The notes under the pieces are model-generated. The model had not been told where the DNA came from and made no database searches. It was given only the letters and a program-made list of their open reading frames with translations. DNA of 62,391 nucleotides, the filler included, from Nemertoderma westbladi (taxonomy: Eukaryota; Animalia; Xenacoelomorpha), in the NCBI GenBank assembly GCA_032718475.1. It is 3 parts of 3 records of this genome, joined end to end, with 100 filler letters (N's around TTAATTAATTAA, not from the genome) between each part and the next. Parts side by side here need not be neighbours in the genome. Positions count along the whole stretch, not along the records: positions 22,002 to 52,568 come from JAUCBJ010000689.1; 2 more parts are not named here. The stretch is one strand, 5' to 3'. This document shows positions 24,328 to 36,169 of this stretch, in pieces; within the stretch, counting starts at the first letter, position 1, and the number at the start of each line of letters is the position of its first letter. A program made the position numbers and the translations under genes.

Positions 24328-25153
24328 CAAATTATGTCAAATTTAACATTAAATAATAAAATTTACGGGAATAAATTTAAATTCATATATTTCAATGAAT
24401 TTAATAAATTGTCATTTTATACAATTTATAACATTCCCAAAATTCCATTAATTAATAGATCATGGGAGCAGAGATTCACTCTATTAAGTGTATTTGTGTG
24501 CGAGAATCTCCAATGTATAGTCAATAGCCGATAAAATTCATAAAATCATGTATAAAGGGGATATTGACCATTAAAGAATTACTATTAAATAGCATCCCAG
24601 ATCTGTATGCATGAGAATTACCCTAATTCTACCGCTAGCTTTCCATAATGTCACCATGGCAACAACCACGCTAGAATTAGAAGTGAGTTAAAAGAACAAT
24701 AGAAAGCATACCCCATTGAATAGCATAGGGAATAAATAGCGCACTGCTAGTATCCAAGGATACATAATAAATACAGTGACATTCTGGAAGGTACTGACTA
24801 ACGGACAAATGGCCCGAATGTGTGCAGTTTGTTGCAGTTGTGTTGAATTTGTGCGTTTGTAGGTGAATGTTACTACTAAGGTGTGTTTACAGTAGCGAGT
24901 CGCAATTGTGAAAGTAACCCTAACTCTCCAAGAAGAACCTGCAGTACATCTAAGCCTTTGGGACGGACAGTTAAGTGACTTGTGCCGGTTATCGTTGTCG
25001 TTGTGTAGCTACATCGTTGGCGAAAGCACGGCGACGACGGTACATCGGCGCTGAGGATCTTACACTGTCCGGGGGCAAAAGAGGGGTAGGCAGCGACGCC
25101 CGCTAGCCTAATATATATAGACTCATTATAGTATTGATAGACTCATAGCAGAT

Positions 25154-28100
25154 ATGACTGAGTTGATAGAAGATGATCTTGGCATCAGGGAGCGATATAC
25201 TCTACCTTTACAAGCGTTTGTCGATAGCTTGATACGCGGCGACGCTGGTCCAACTACTACGGAGGATGATGGTCGTTATATCGAACCGCCGATGTCCCCG
25301 GAGCAACTTAAGCGTGAATTGGACTATAGAAAGTTCACCGCTCGCTATACGCATCGTAATGGTACGTATATGGACTTCTTAACTACCGGCCACCCTATCG
25401 ATTTACACGATACGGACGATGTGGATACTGAAAGGGAAATGGTTTTATTTAAATACCATACCCAACAGAATCGGAACGATAAGCCAAGAATAGAACACGA
25501 GAACTCTATTCGAAACCGACTCGAAAGAGAAGACGTTGAAGAACCGGATAAACGCAACGACTTCAACGATTATCTGGAATTCTTGAGAGAAACATACCTC
25601 AATATTGCCAGTCAACAAAATCTCGAAACTCGATATCCTCAAGGTATACATCATGATCCTATGAGAGAACTCAAACGACTCTATTTCACTATAATGTATC
25701 TTACCGCCGATCGACCGCTACCTGTTGTCCCAGATAGCTTCGAACAGATGGAGGAATATTGTAAAACTGGAGAACGATCACCCGCGTTTCCTCTGCAGGA
25801 CATGCGTCTTTGGTATTACTGTGACGAATGCCCTAGACCCAATCAGCAAACGGAAAGACATAAACATCCGCGGAGACGTTGCGCTAAACACAGTTTTACA
25901 CGATATACTTACGGGAGTTTCGAGCGAAACCTGTTCGACGTGTCCCCTGCGGTCGCTCGACTCAAGCGATCCTTGAACAAACCGATGATCAGAGTTCCGG
26001 AATACTCGATCAGACCTCCGCATTCCTCAGTTAGACCTCAAACTCTTGACCCTAATAGTATCACGGATCCTCCCGAACTGTACTCACTGTTCAAAGATCT
26101 AGTGTTACCCGAACAGTTGATCGGTGGCACTCCGGTAGTAGTCTCATGAGACATTCGCCAACCCTACCTAGCTGGATTGGGACGTGGTCATCTAATATCG
26201 CCGTTTAACCCATACAACCGTCCCGGCTTCACCTCTATCCAACCCGTTACGGAAGTCGAAGAGAGCGTCGTACGAAACGCATTAGACGCTATTCGGCAGA
26301 AAATCGGAAAGGGAACGTACGATTGTTTGGAGAAGCGTAAATTGCAGCAACAAGTTCAAGCGGTGAAGGTATTAGCTTTACCCCAGTTCGATAGAGAAAT
26401 ACAAAATCTCGAGGAGGACATCGAACGTGGACGAACCTACTCTTTACAAGAGTTTTTAGATGAGCGTCTACAACAACAAGCGGAGGAGAATCAGCTCGAG
26501 GAGAGACATGTAGAATTGGATGAGAGAGAAGAAGCGGCTTTAGCTCAACCTGAAGCGCAAATCCTTATGACGGATCTCTACTCTAAAACCATTCTTCATC
26601 CCTCGATGGTTCCCCATTTCGGAGACAAACTTTTTGCGACGGCACAACCCCAACCGGTTGATATCAACCTAAGATCTCGCGATCTTATCGCCGACGCTCC
26701 TCTGTTGCAGCGTCCGCCCATCGAACCCGCTCGTGTCGATGGTATACTCGTTGAACCTCCGGACAATAGAGCAGATCTTGTCCGTCGCATGGTACACGAT
26801 GTAAACATACGCGCTAGACCTTTACCGGACACGTTTTATGGGATCAAAGATCACCCTTATTACGTCAATCTAAAACAATATTACATGGTAAAACCGGAAG
26901 ATCCTACACATAGTCTGAAGTTTCTACCGTTAATAAATCCTCTCGATCTTGTCGAACTCGAACAACTGCAGAAACATCTGGATCAGTTAGTTAAAGTAAA
27001 CTCGTTTCGAAAACCATATAATGTTTCCAGAATAGAGAAAGAAACAATACCTCCGTATAATCTGGATGGATTCATCAAAACTCGTTTAGTGCACTGGAAT
27101 CTTGATGTGTTATTCGAGGAGGAAAGAATACAACGATATGGAGATGTGGAAACATATACCACACAATGTTTAAAGTATAAAGACCTGCCTAATGCTAGCG
27201 AATGTGCTACCTTGTGGCATCCTGTGGGAATGACACTCGAAAACGCCACTAAAGAGTGGAACGAAACTCTTAACGTTATCGAGATGTATGGAGTTGTCAC
27301 TTACGATAACGAAGGTAGCGTTCCGGTTGGAGAACTTGGAACTACGCGGATGATACACATACGAGGACTCGCTGGTTCTACCCACGTATTTACTCGAGCG
27401 TGTTCCGACGTTATTGATTATTCTTTTGAAACTCTTACTGAGATACAAAAGAAACTCCGACATGGACAATTTGAACTCGCGCAGCGTTACGTCACCGACA
27501 CCGAGCGCAAGCCGGCCATGGGTATCGATGGATCAATGTTACCCCAACCCATGCTCGAGATGCTGTTTAACGAAGGAATCCTTAAAATCGGCTCAGCTGT
27601 TTATGGAGACCTACAGAACGACTTTCGGAATATGGAGAACATTCCATACCCCTTCGTTGATACTCAGCTGATTGCTCCTTGGGCCGAAGGCCGAGGTTTC
27701 TTCCGCACTACGTATGCCAATACACCCAGCGGAATTACCAAAGTACAACGAACCTCCATCGGACATCTTGCCTTTCAAGAATACGGATGGAATTTCAAGG
27801 TTGGAAATCCTATAAATTACCAACAAGTGTACGGAGATCATTATTCTCGTTTATACTTTGATGGACCGTTGACCGCACCTGGCGCCGTGTATAGCTTTAT
27901 GAGTGTTCCACTTCGTCCCTCCTTAGCTATATACACGATCTTTGAAAACGCAGCACTTGCCGGTTGGCTAGCCGATGTGTGCAGTCGTACCATACGCGCC
28001 CATCCCTTAATACTTGGAACCAAACTCGCCAAGTTAGATGAACACAATAAGTTCATCCGCTTTGAATGTTTCAGGCGCTTTCTGACTCCGTTCCGTAACG

Positions 28101-29407
28101 TTGATAGTCAGTTCAAGGACCGCGCTCTGACCAAACTCAGCCTGAGAGACTCAGCGGCGGAGAAGCTAAACAGCGCGGGATTTGCCCTTTTTCAGGACGT
28201 TTGTATACAGAACTTGCACTCATCTGTTATACAAAGACCCCAAATACCCACGGGTTATTCTGTCGTCGAAGTTCAGACAGTGGGTCCGCTTGCGGAGACA
28301 GCCGCACCTACCTCAGCTATGCAATTGGAAGACGAACCAATATGCTTAGAAGCTGAAGCGATTCAACCTACAGCGCCCCGGAGCAGCGATAACGACTACG
28401 TTTTGGAGTGGTATCAAGGTCCACAATGTCTCACCGCATACGATTATCGACACGCTAACTATGTTTCTCGAAAACGTTGTCGATTATGCGCATCGAGAGA
28501 CCATTTCACCCCTATGGACTCAGACGTACCCTGCTCCTATTTCCACGATCAACCAATGATGGAGATATATTGTGCGTATTGCAGACTTAATAACTCTCAT
28601 ATTTTTGCAGTCTGCCCCCAATTTATGACTCAATGCCACCACTGTCAACTTAAAGGACATGCCAGTTATAATTGGCCCTTTAATCACGATTTAGAGAGCG
28701 TAGATGAAATGATTACCCTGCGCTACATTCGAGCTTGGGAAGCGAACGCGGATTTACATTGTGAGTCCCGTCATCGATACTACCCTGGACGCTCTTACGA
28801 GGGAGTTTACGCGTTCCATCCTTATTTATTAGCGTCTGTGGAACAAAAAACACGCGTACCGAGTTACGAGCTAATGAAGCGTGTTGGTGAGTGTATTTCC
28901 ACTAAATTTGTTAGAAGATACCTTAGGAACGTCAATCCTAATGATATTACTTCATACCATTTAATCAATTATATCCATCAAGACCCTGAGTATGGCGATT
29001 TATTTATCAACTCGCACCCTGAGTTACAGGAAGTATCTCGACGGCCCTACGAATATCGAGCCCGAGAACGCGAGCTGGAAAGAACTATTAAACCAAGGAA
29101 GTTTCTTACCACCCACGGTCCGCCTACCGCCATTGCCCAGACAACCCGTCAAGGACCCGTAGGAGCTGCTGTCCTGAGGCGCGCCCTAAAGGCTGTTAGA
29201 CCTCGCTCCACGGAAGTTGATATCGATCAACCAGGTACCTCGACTGGCGGATATACCGATCGCAATCCGAAACCTTCTGATGCAATTGTATTGCACCCTT
29301 CATCCAGGAGTTACAGCCCTCCTAGTAAAGTGGCTCGCCCCAAAGAGAAAAGGACTCTTACTAGCCTCAAAAAACTGCGTAAACGCCGTCCGCGTAAGAA
29401 AGACTAA
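25154..29407 (+). CDS. Single 1417-codon frame (the two track ORFs are in frame) with one in-frame TGA at 26147-26149; DEDDy 3'-5' exonuclease-like domain, CCHC knuckles and a basic NLS-like tail; probably retroelement cargo
   Basis: No other stop between 26150 and 26177. ExoI-like GVVTYDNEG (~27290-27316), ExoII-like LPQPMLEMLFNEGILKIGSAVYGDL, FVDTQL, ExoIII-like PLRPSLAIYTIFE; CRLCASRDH, CAYCRLNNSHIFAVC, CHHCQLKGH; ends KKLRKRRPRKKD. Confidence 0.7.
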
Positions 29408-29691
29408 CTGTTTAGAGTATTTTTATATTTTAAAAACTGTGATTTGTTATATTTTATAGACTTAAATCCCATTTTCTGGGAGCGGTGTAAAAGCTTTTGC
29501 GTCATTAACCGGTTATTTTCCCTTAAAGTACTCTGTAGTTGGTTTGCCAGGCATAAAAAGGCCGTGTCCTTGCTGTACTGGTGTTTTAGAGGACATAAAA
29601 GTCATTTCTTCTGTATTTGTACTGTATTTGTACTTTAGAGGACATAATCCGCAATCTCGTGACGCGATAAGCTGGATACTCTTGAAAACAG

Positions 29692-30671
29692 TGTCGCTAC
29701 CATGACGACGGCTAACAGCTGATATTGCCACGTCGACGTTTCTTTGTTTCTTTGTTCTCTCGTTGTTCGGTTGACCAATCAGAGCGTTTTTTGTCTCTGT
29801 GTTGGAGGTGTATACAGAACTCAGTAGTTCAGTGTGTTATGTTTTTGCTCAGAGCCTAAGAACATCGGCTTTTAGCACCTCCGTATATCAGCATTCTTTA
29901 GCTTTACATTAGTAGGCTTAATTATAGAACGTATATCTGTTATCTTAACTAACCTAACCAAACGAGTTAATTACAACCTTATCATACATATCTATGCAAT
30001 TCATATCTTACATTACTGCTTTTGCTGTTGTTCATTATATTTGTTGATGAAATATTATATCGGAATACTGATCAATAGTCAGACACCCCACCTTCTTGAT
30101 ATACTAAAGGTTAGAGAGACCGGTTACAGATAAACGATTGCGACCTATGTTGAGTGGTTTGAAGTGAATCTAATGCTATTTCATATGCCCAACATAAATT
30201 GTCTGTTGCTCTCTTTATACGTGACCAAATTTAGTGAAGGTCGGCAGATTAGTGTGCAGTATTGTGCAGCATTGTGTATGATTGTAACTGATAACAAAGC
30301 ATCTCCTAAAGAATGCGCCATATACGTTAATCTATAGCCTTTTCGTTGTGACTAGTTTAAGTCATAACTCTGTTTACATATTTAGAGCGCCACGTCCTAA
30401 AGGAACTGTTAATATTTCCCGAAAGTGAATAATATTTGTCAGAGATTATATATTACGATCAGTCGAATAATACAGTAGGCTTACACCATCAATCATTAAG
30501 CTCCGAACTCAGTCTCCCGGGTATATCCAACGGGTGAATGATTGCGCATAGACTGGCTTCGGCTAATGTAGTGTGTCAAATACTCGTCATAAAGCTAAAG
30601 AATATATATCATCTAAAAGACATTCTAATTTTGGCAGGTTAAACTGTCAAAGGTCTTCAAAAGCGCAAACA
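29692..30671 (+). mobile_element. LTR-like repeat downstream of the exonuclease ORF; diverged copy at 54030-54712
   Basis: 30010-30671 aligns with 54040-54712, and both end abruptly at GCGC(A/G)AACA. Candidate TGT start at 29692; CCAAT box ~29775. 5' boundary uncertain. Confidence 0.5.
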
Positions 30672-30759
30672 TGTATCTTATTCTACTTTGTCTATATGAT
30701 TATGTTATATAATAATGTTACTTTATCACTTTGGTTTAAACCGATCTCCTTTACTATTA

Positions 30760-30816
30760 CTTACTACTTATACTACTACTACTACTACTATTATTACTAC
30801 TACTACTGACTACTAC
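30760..30816. repeat. (TAC)n microsatellite
   Basis: tactactact... seen directly. Confidence 0.9.
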
Positions 30817-31160
30817 AGAGTTATATATTATAAGAGGACGGGGTTCGTGATTATTAGTTATTATACAAGTGCCCCTCGGCTATAGAGAGTCCACCCTCGG
30901 TTGCTTACTGGGTAATACCTAGGCTAGGATTCAGAGGGCATGGTGTATGTTTTCGTTGTTGGTATAATTTTCATAACAATATGGTGGACAATAGGGTAGC
31001 ATGGTTGACCCTTGGCTGCGTTGTTTAACGTGCAAATAAATAGGCATACATACTCTCAATACGCGTTCCTTTGATAAAGAAAGACAGACAGTTCCCGAAC
31101 TATCAAAGATTAGACCAACCAACCGAAGGTTCTACTTTCTGTAAGAATTTATTGTAGTAA

Positions 31161-33387
31161 CTAGAAAGCCTGTGGCCCTTCGGGCCACAGCTTTCTAGTG
31201 CACGTGCACGTGCAGATGATATATGAATATGTGTGGGAGATTTGATAACTGCATACGGAACAGACACCATCATTAAATAAAACACCACCCCCATAAGAGA
31301 TAACTGTCAACTTTCAACTTTAGGCACATTGTAAATAACAAAATTTCCAGAAAATGATCACTTTCAGATCCACCCTCTACCTGCGGACTGGTGAAATGCA
31401 GACGGCGCTGCAGTTTGGTAAAGATGGGGTTTATGGTGAAGTAAAATGCCTGCCTTTCAAGTTTCAGCTTAAACAGATTGTAAATAACAAAATTGATGTA
31501 GATGTTCACATTCAGACATTTCACCCTCTAGCGGTAGACTGAAGAACTGTGGACGACTCTGGGACTCCGTAAAGATACAGAATATGCTGTAGTAGATTCC
31601 TGCCAAGTTCCAGCTCAATAGGATTAAAAAGAACCAAATGGGATGAGGTGTTCACTATCAGATATGTCGCCCTCTAGCGGCAGATGGGGGGACTGTATAC
31701 AACTCTGTGACTCCGTAAAGGTACAGCCTATGCTGTAGTAGATGCCTACCAAGTTTCAGTCTAAACCGTTAGTAAATAACAAAGTTGGAGAAGATGTTAA
31801 CTTTCAGACATTTCACCCTCTAGCGGTAGACTGGGGAAGTGAATAGGATTCTGCAACCCCGTAAAGATACAGCCTATGCTGTAGTAGATACCTGCCAAGT
31901 TTCAGCTCAATATGATTAAAAAGAACCAAATGGGATGAGGTGTTCACTATCAGATATGTCGCCCTCTAGCGGCAGATGGGGGGACTGTATACAACTCTGT
32001 AACTCCGTAAAGGTACAGCCTATGCTGTAGTAGATGCCTACCAAGTTTCAGTCTAAACCGTTAGTAAATAACAAAGTTGGTGAAGATGTTAACTTTCAGA
32101 CAATTCGCCCTCTAGCGGCTGACTGTGGAACTGTAGACGACTCTACTACTCCGCAAAGATATAGCCTATGCTATAGTAGATGCCTACCAAGTTTCAGTCT
32201 AAAAGGATTGTAAATAACAAAGTTGGAGGATATGTTAACTTTCATACATTTCGTCCTCTAGCGGCAGACGCGGGTAATGTAGACAACTCTGCGCGACTCA
32301 GTAAAGATATAGCCTATGCTGTAGTAGATGCCTACCAAGTTCAGTCTAAATGGATTATAAATAACAAAGTTGGAGAAGATGTTAACTCTCAGACATTTAG
32401 CCCTCTAACGGTAGACTGGGGAACTGTGGACAACTCAGTGACTCCGGAAATATACAGCCTATGCTGCAGTATATAGCTACCAAGTTTCAGCTCAAAAGCA
32501 TTAAAAACAACCCAATGAGATCAGGTTTTCACTATCGGACAATTCGCCCTCTAGCGGCAGATGGGGGAACTTCAGACGGCTCTGAGTATTACGTTGCAAC
32601 GAGTTAGGGCGAGACCTATCTAACGAGCTATAGTAAGCGAGATTTCATCGAGATTAGATGTATAATATTAGATAAAATAATAATACAGTAAGTATAGGCC
32701 TACAGAAATAATTATTTTACTTTTAATATTCATAACAGTAAAACAAAAATGTTATAAACCTCTCCTTCCATGCAGCCAATGATTGAGAAAGCAGAATTAC
32801 TCTTGAGCAATTCGCAACAGACAACCCAAACCCACCCCAATCAACACTCCAGCCTGCTTGCTCCTTATCTGTGCCCAGCCAGCTAGCTGCGATTTCAATA
32901 ATTACCTTAACGTTGCTATGATACAGAAAAAAATCCTTCCCTATTCACTACAGCACTAAGAATAGGCCAATTCGATCGTGCTTGGCGAATATGACATATT
33001 TATACACTATTTGATTTTTAATCAATAAATAATCATACATATTTATATTAAACACTCGAATAAAATAAATACTTTGTGAGAATGGGACACGGCGAATCTA
33101 CTCATGTTAATTTTATACCAGATGGGATAAATGTTACCCCTCTAAATAATTAATTACCGATAGAAGAACCGAAATAATTCGATACATTTCGCCCGAACGA
33201 ACACAAAATACGCATTCACGCAAGCAAACGCGTAAAATTAGCCTCGAGATTGCGATAGTTTACGTGCTCAGGACGAGAGCTTTCGATCGATGTATCATTT
33301 GCTCAGATTGGTGCATGTGTGTCGGAGCGTATAGCTTGGACAGACTCACAGACTCACAGACAGACAGAGGATATTTATATATATAGA
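31161..33387 (-). mobile_element. Non-autonomous Helitron copy A1 with ~146-bp internal tandem repeats
   Basis: Minus strand begins TCTATATATATAAATATCCTCTGTCTGTCTGTGAG and ends with hairpin CTGTGGCCC-GAA-GGGCCACAG then CTTTCTAG followed by T. Confidence 0.85.
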
Positions 33388-36169
33388 CTAGAAAGCCCGT
33401 GGCCTTCGGCCACTGCTTTCTAGTTCACAAGCTTCTATACAATCAATCAATCAATGGACAATATCAAACATAAATAAATTAATTAATTAACTTAACAAAA
33501 CTTTACATACGACTAACAGACTGATCCCGTTTTAGTTGCAGCTACATACAATAATAAACATAAGGCTTTATGTTGTAGTAGATACCTTCCAAGTAACACC
33601 TCCAATGGATTACACGAAGTGGGGCCTTCGCGCAGCACGTGAAATGAGTTAATGCTAAGTATCAACTCGAAAGGATTATAAAAACATAGGAGAAGATTTT
33701 CCCGGAAAACGTTAACCCTCTAGCGGGAGACTGGGTAACTGAAGAAGGAAGGATTAGTTTCCCTACAAAGCCACAGCCTATGGTCTATTACATATCTACC
33801 AAGTTTCCGATTGACGGATCATAAATAACGAAATGTTGGAAGGTTTTCACTTTCATACATTTAGCCCTCTAGCGGCATATTAAAGAACTACGGATCGATC
33901 ACCTTCCTCACAAAGACGAGGCATGTGGTCTAGTACATACCGGTACTGTATATTCCAAAATTCAGCTTAAATAGATTAAGATCAAGGAATTCGCGAAGGT
34001 TATCACTTTCCTACATTTCGCCCTCTAGCGGCAGACTCTAAAACTCCGGACCGATTACTGTCCACACAAAGACTTAGGATGTCTTCTAGTACATATATGA
34101 CAAGTTTCAGCGTAATCAGATCATAAACAACTAAATGGAAGAATAATTTCACATTCGGGACATTTCGCCCTCTAGCGGCAGACTGGAGAACTGCAGACAG
34201 ATTAGCCTCCTTTGAAATTTACAGCTAATGGTCTAGTACATACTTCCCAAGTTTCAGCTTAAACGGATTAAAAGCAAAGAAATGGGTGGCCATTTAATGT
34301 TTAGACATGTGGCCCTCTACCGGCAGACTGGAAAACTTCGGACCGATTACAATCCACACAAAGACTCAGGATGTCATCTAGTACATATATGACAAGTTTC
34401 AGCGTAATCAGATCATAAACAACTAAATGGAAGAATAATTTCACATTCGGGACATTTCGCCCTCTAGCGGCAGACTGGAGAACTGCAGACAGATTAGCCT
34501 CCTTTGAAATTTACAGCTAATGGTCTAGTACATACTTCCCAAGTTTCAGCTTAAACGGATTAAAAGCAAAGAAATGGGAGGGCATTTAATGTTTAGACAT
34601 GTGGCCCTCTAGCGGGAGACCATTGCACTGATGGTGTCTGAAAGTCTCTCAAAAATCTCAACTTTTGCTCATATTGATACCTACAAATTTTCAACTTGGC
34701 AGCTTTAAATCCGACAAAGTTATTAGCATGTCAAAATCGTAACGACGACAAAGGTTTAAACTGTGTGTAATATTTTCCCCTTAGTGGAAAACTGTATAAC
34801 TGCAGAGTAGTGGTTAGCGTCCTTGCAAACATAATCTATAGTGCAGTAGGTCACTGTAGCAACTCTATCGTATTAAAATGGAAGGTTTTAATTTCATACA
34901 TTTCGCCCCCTAGTGGCAGACTGCATAATTATGCACTGGTTAGCGTCCTCTCCAAACATGACGACTATGGTGTAGTAGTCCTCTGCCAAGTGCCAAGTAT
35001 CAGCAAAAAAGCATTCATAAATAACAAAATTGTAGGTTTCCTCATTCAGACATTTCATCACCTAATAGCGGCAGAATTGGGAACTGTAGATTAGTCATCG
35101 TCTCCCCAAGCCCAAATACACACCCTACGCTGTAGTATACTCTGCTTGGTATCAGCAAAAAACATTATAAACATATTGTGTAAAGGACCTAAGTATCAGC
35201 TAAAAATCATTATTAATAACAAAATAGGATAAGATTTTCACTTTCAGACATTTCGGCTCCTAGTGGCAGACTGAAGAACCGCAAACTGGTCGGCGTCCTC
35301 CCAACACGCAGCTATGGTCAGGTCGAATTTATTCTGCAAAGTGTCAGCAGAGTGGTTACGAATTACGATGATGCAATAACTGCTGTTACAATTTCCTGCT
35401 TGCTGATCAGTAATTTCTCCGATAACAAAACAACTGCAGAATAATGCAATTTTACCTCAAAGACGCATTCATGCAAGTATCAAGTAAATGTGTAAAAAAT
35501 CAGCCTCGAGATAGCCTTTACAATTCATGTTCACGGGCTGAGGATGGTCTGCATTATATAGGTGCACGCACATGATAGAGTCAAGATCCAACTTGTAGGA
35601 TGACGGACTGACGACCTGCTAGGCCTACCTCGCTAGCACCCATCCGGTACATTGCAAAAATGAATAATTGAATCATTTTGTGTTTATGATTATAAACAAT
35701 ATGTGAACTGAAAAAAAGCTAATCTAAGATTTACTGCTTGTTCTTACCAATGTAAGTCAAGAACCAATCACAGTAGATCCACTCCACTCTCCTGCTGGGT
35801 CCTATTTATTGAGATTACTACTTAACCAACCCAGCCTGCTGCAGGCCACCTATGATTGGTCTGCAAGTAGCTAGCTGCCTTGCTAACTAGCTCTCAGCTT
35901 TGCCAGGCCTGTACTACCAAAAGGAATATTCGAATCACTTTGAGATTTTATCACACAACATGTTGCAGCGAATACAAAATACGCATTCACGCAAGCATAC
36001 GCGTAAAATAAGCCTCGAGATAGCGATAGTTTACGTGCTCGGGACGAGAGCTTTCGATCGATGTATCATTCGCTCAGATTGGTGCTCGTGTGTCGGAGTG
36101 TATAGCTTGGACAGACTCACAGACTCATAGACTCACAGACAGACAGAGGATATTTATATATATAGAAGA
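33388..36169 (-). mobile_element. Non-autonomous Helitron copy B (related termini, different interior containing a HINE-like segment)
   Basis: Same 5' TC(TA)n/(TCTG)n end; 3' hairpin GTGGCC-GAA-GGCCAC and CTAG; directly abuts A1 and A2. Confidence 0.8.

Noticed and set aside
26147-26149. In-frame TGA of the exonuclease ORF as selenocysteine
   Set aside because: No redox-motif context and no SECIS recognised in its 3' region; the SECIS at ~41.95 kb belongs to SELENOM.
30940-30999. MVYVFVVGIIFITIWWTIG* as the missing SELENOM signal-peptide exon
   Set aside because: Ends in a stop with no convincing phase-0 donor; cannot be supported.
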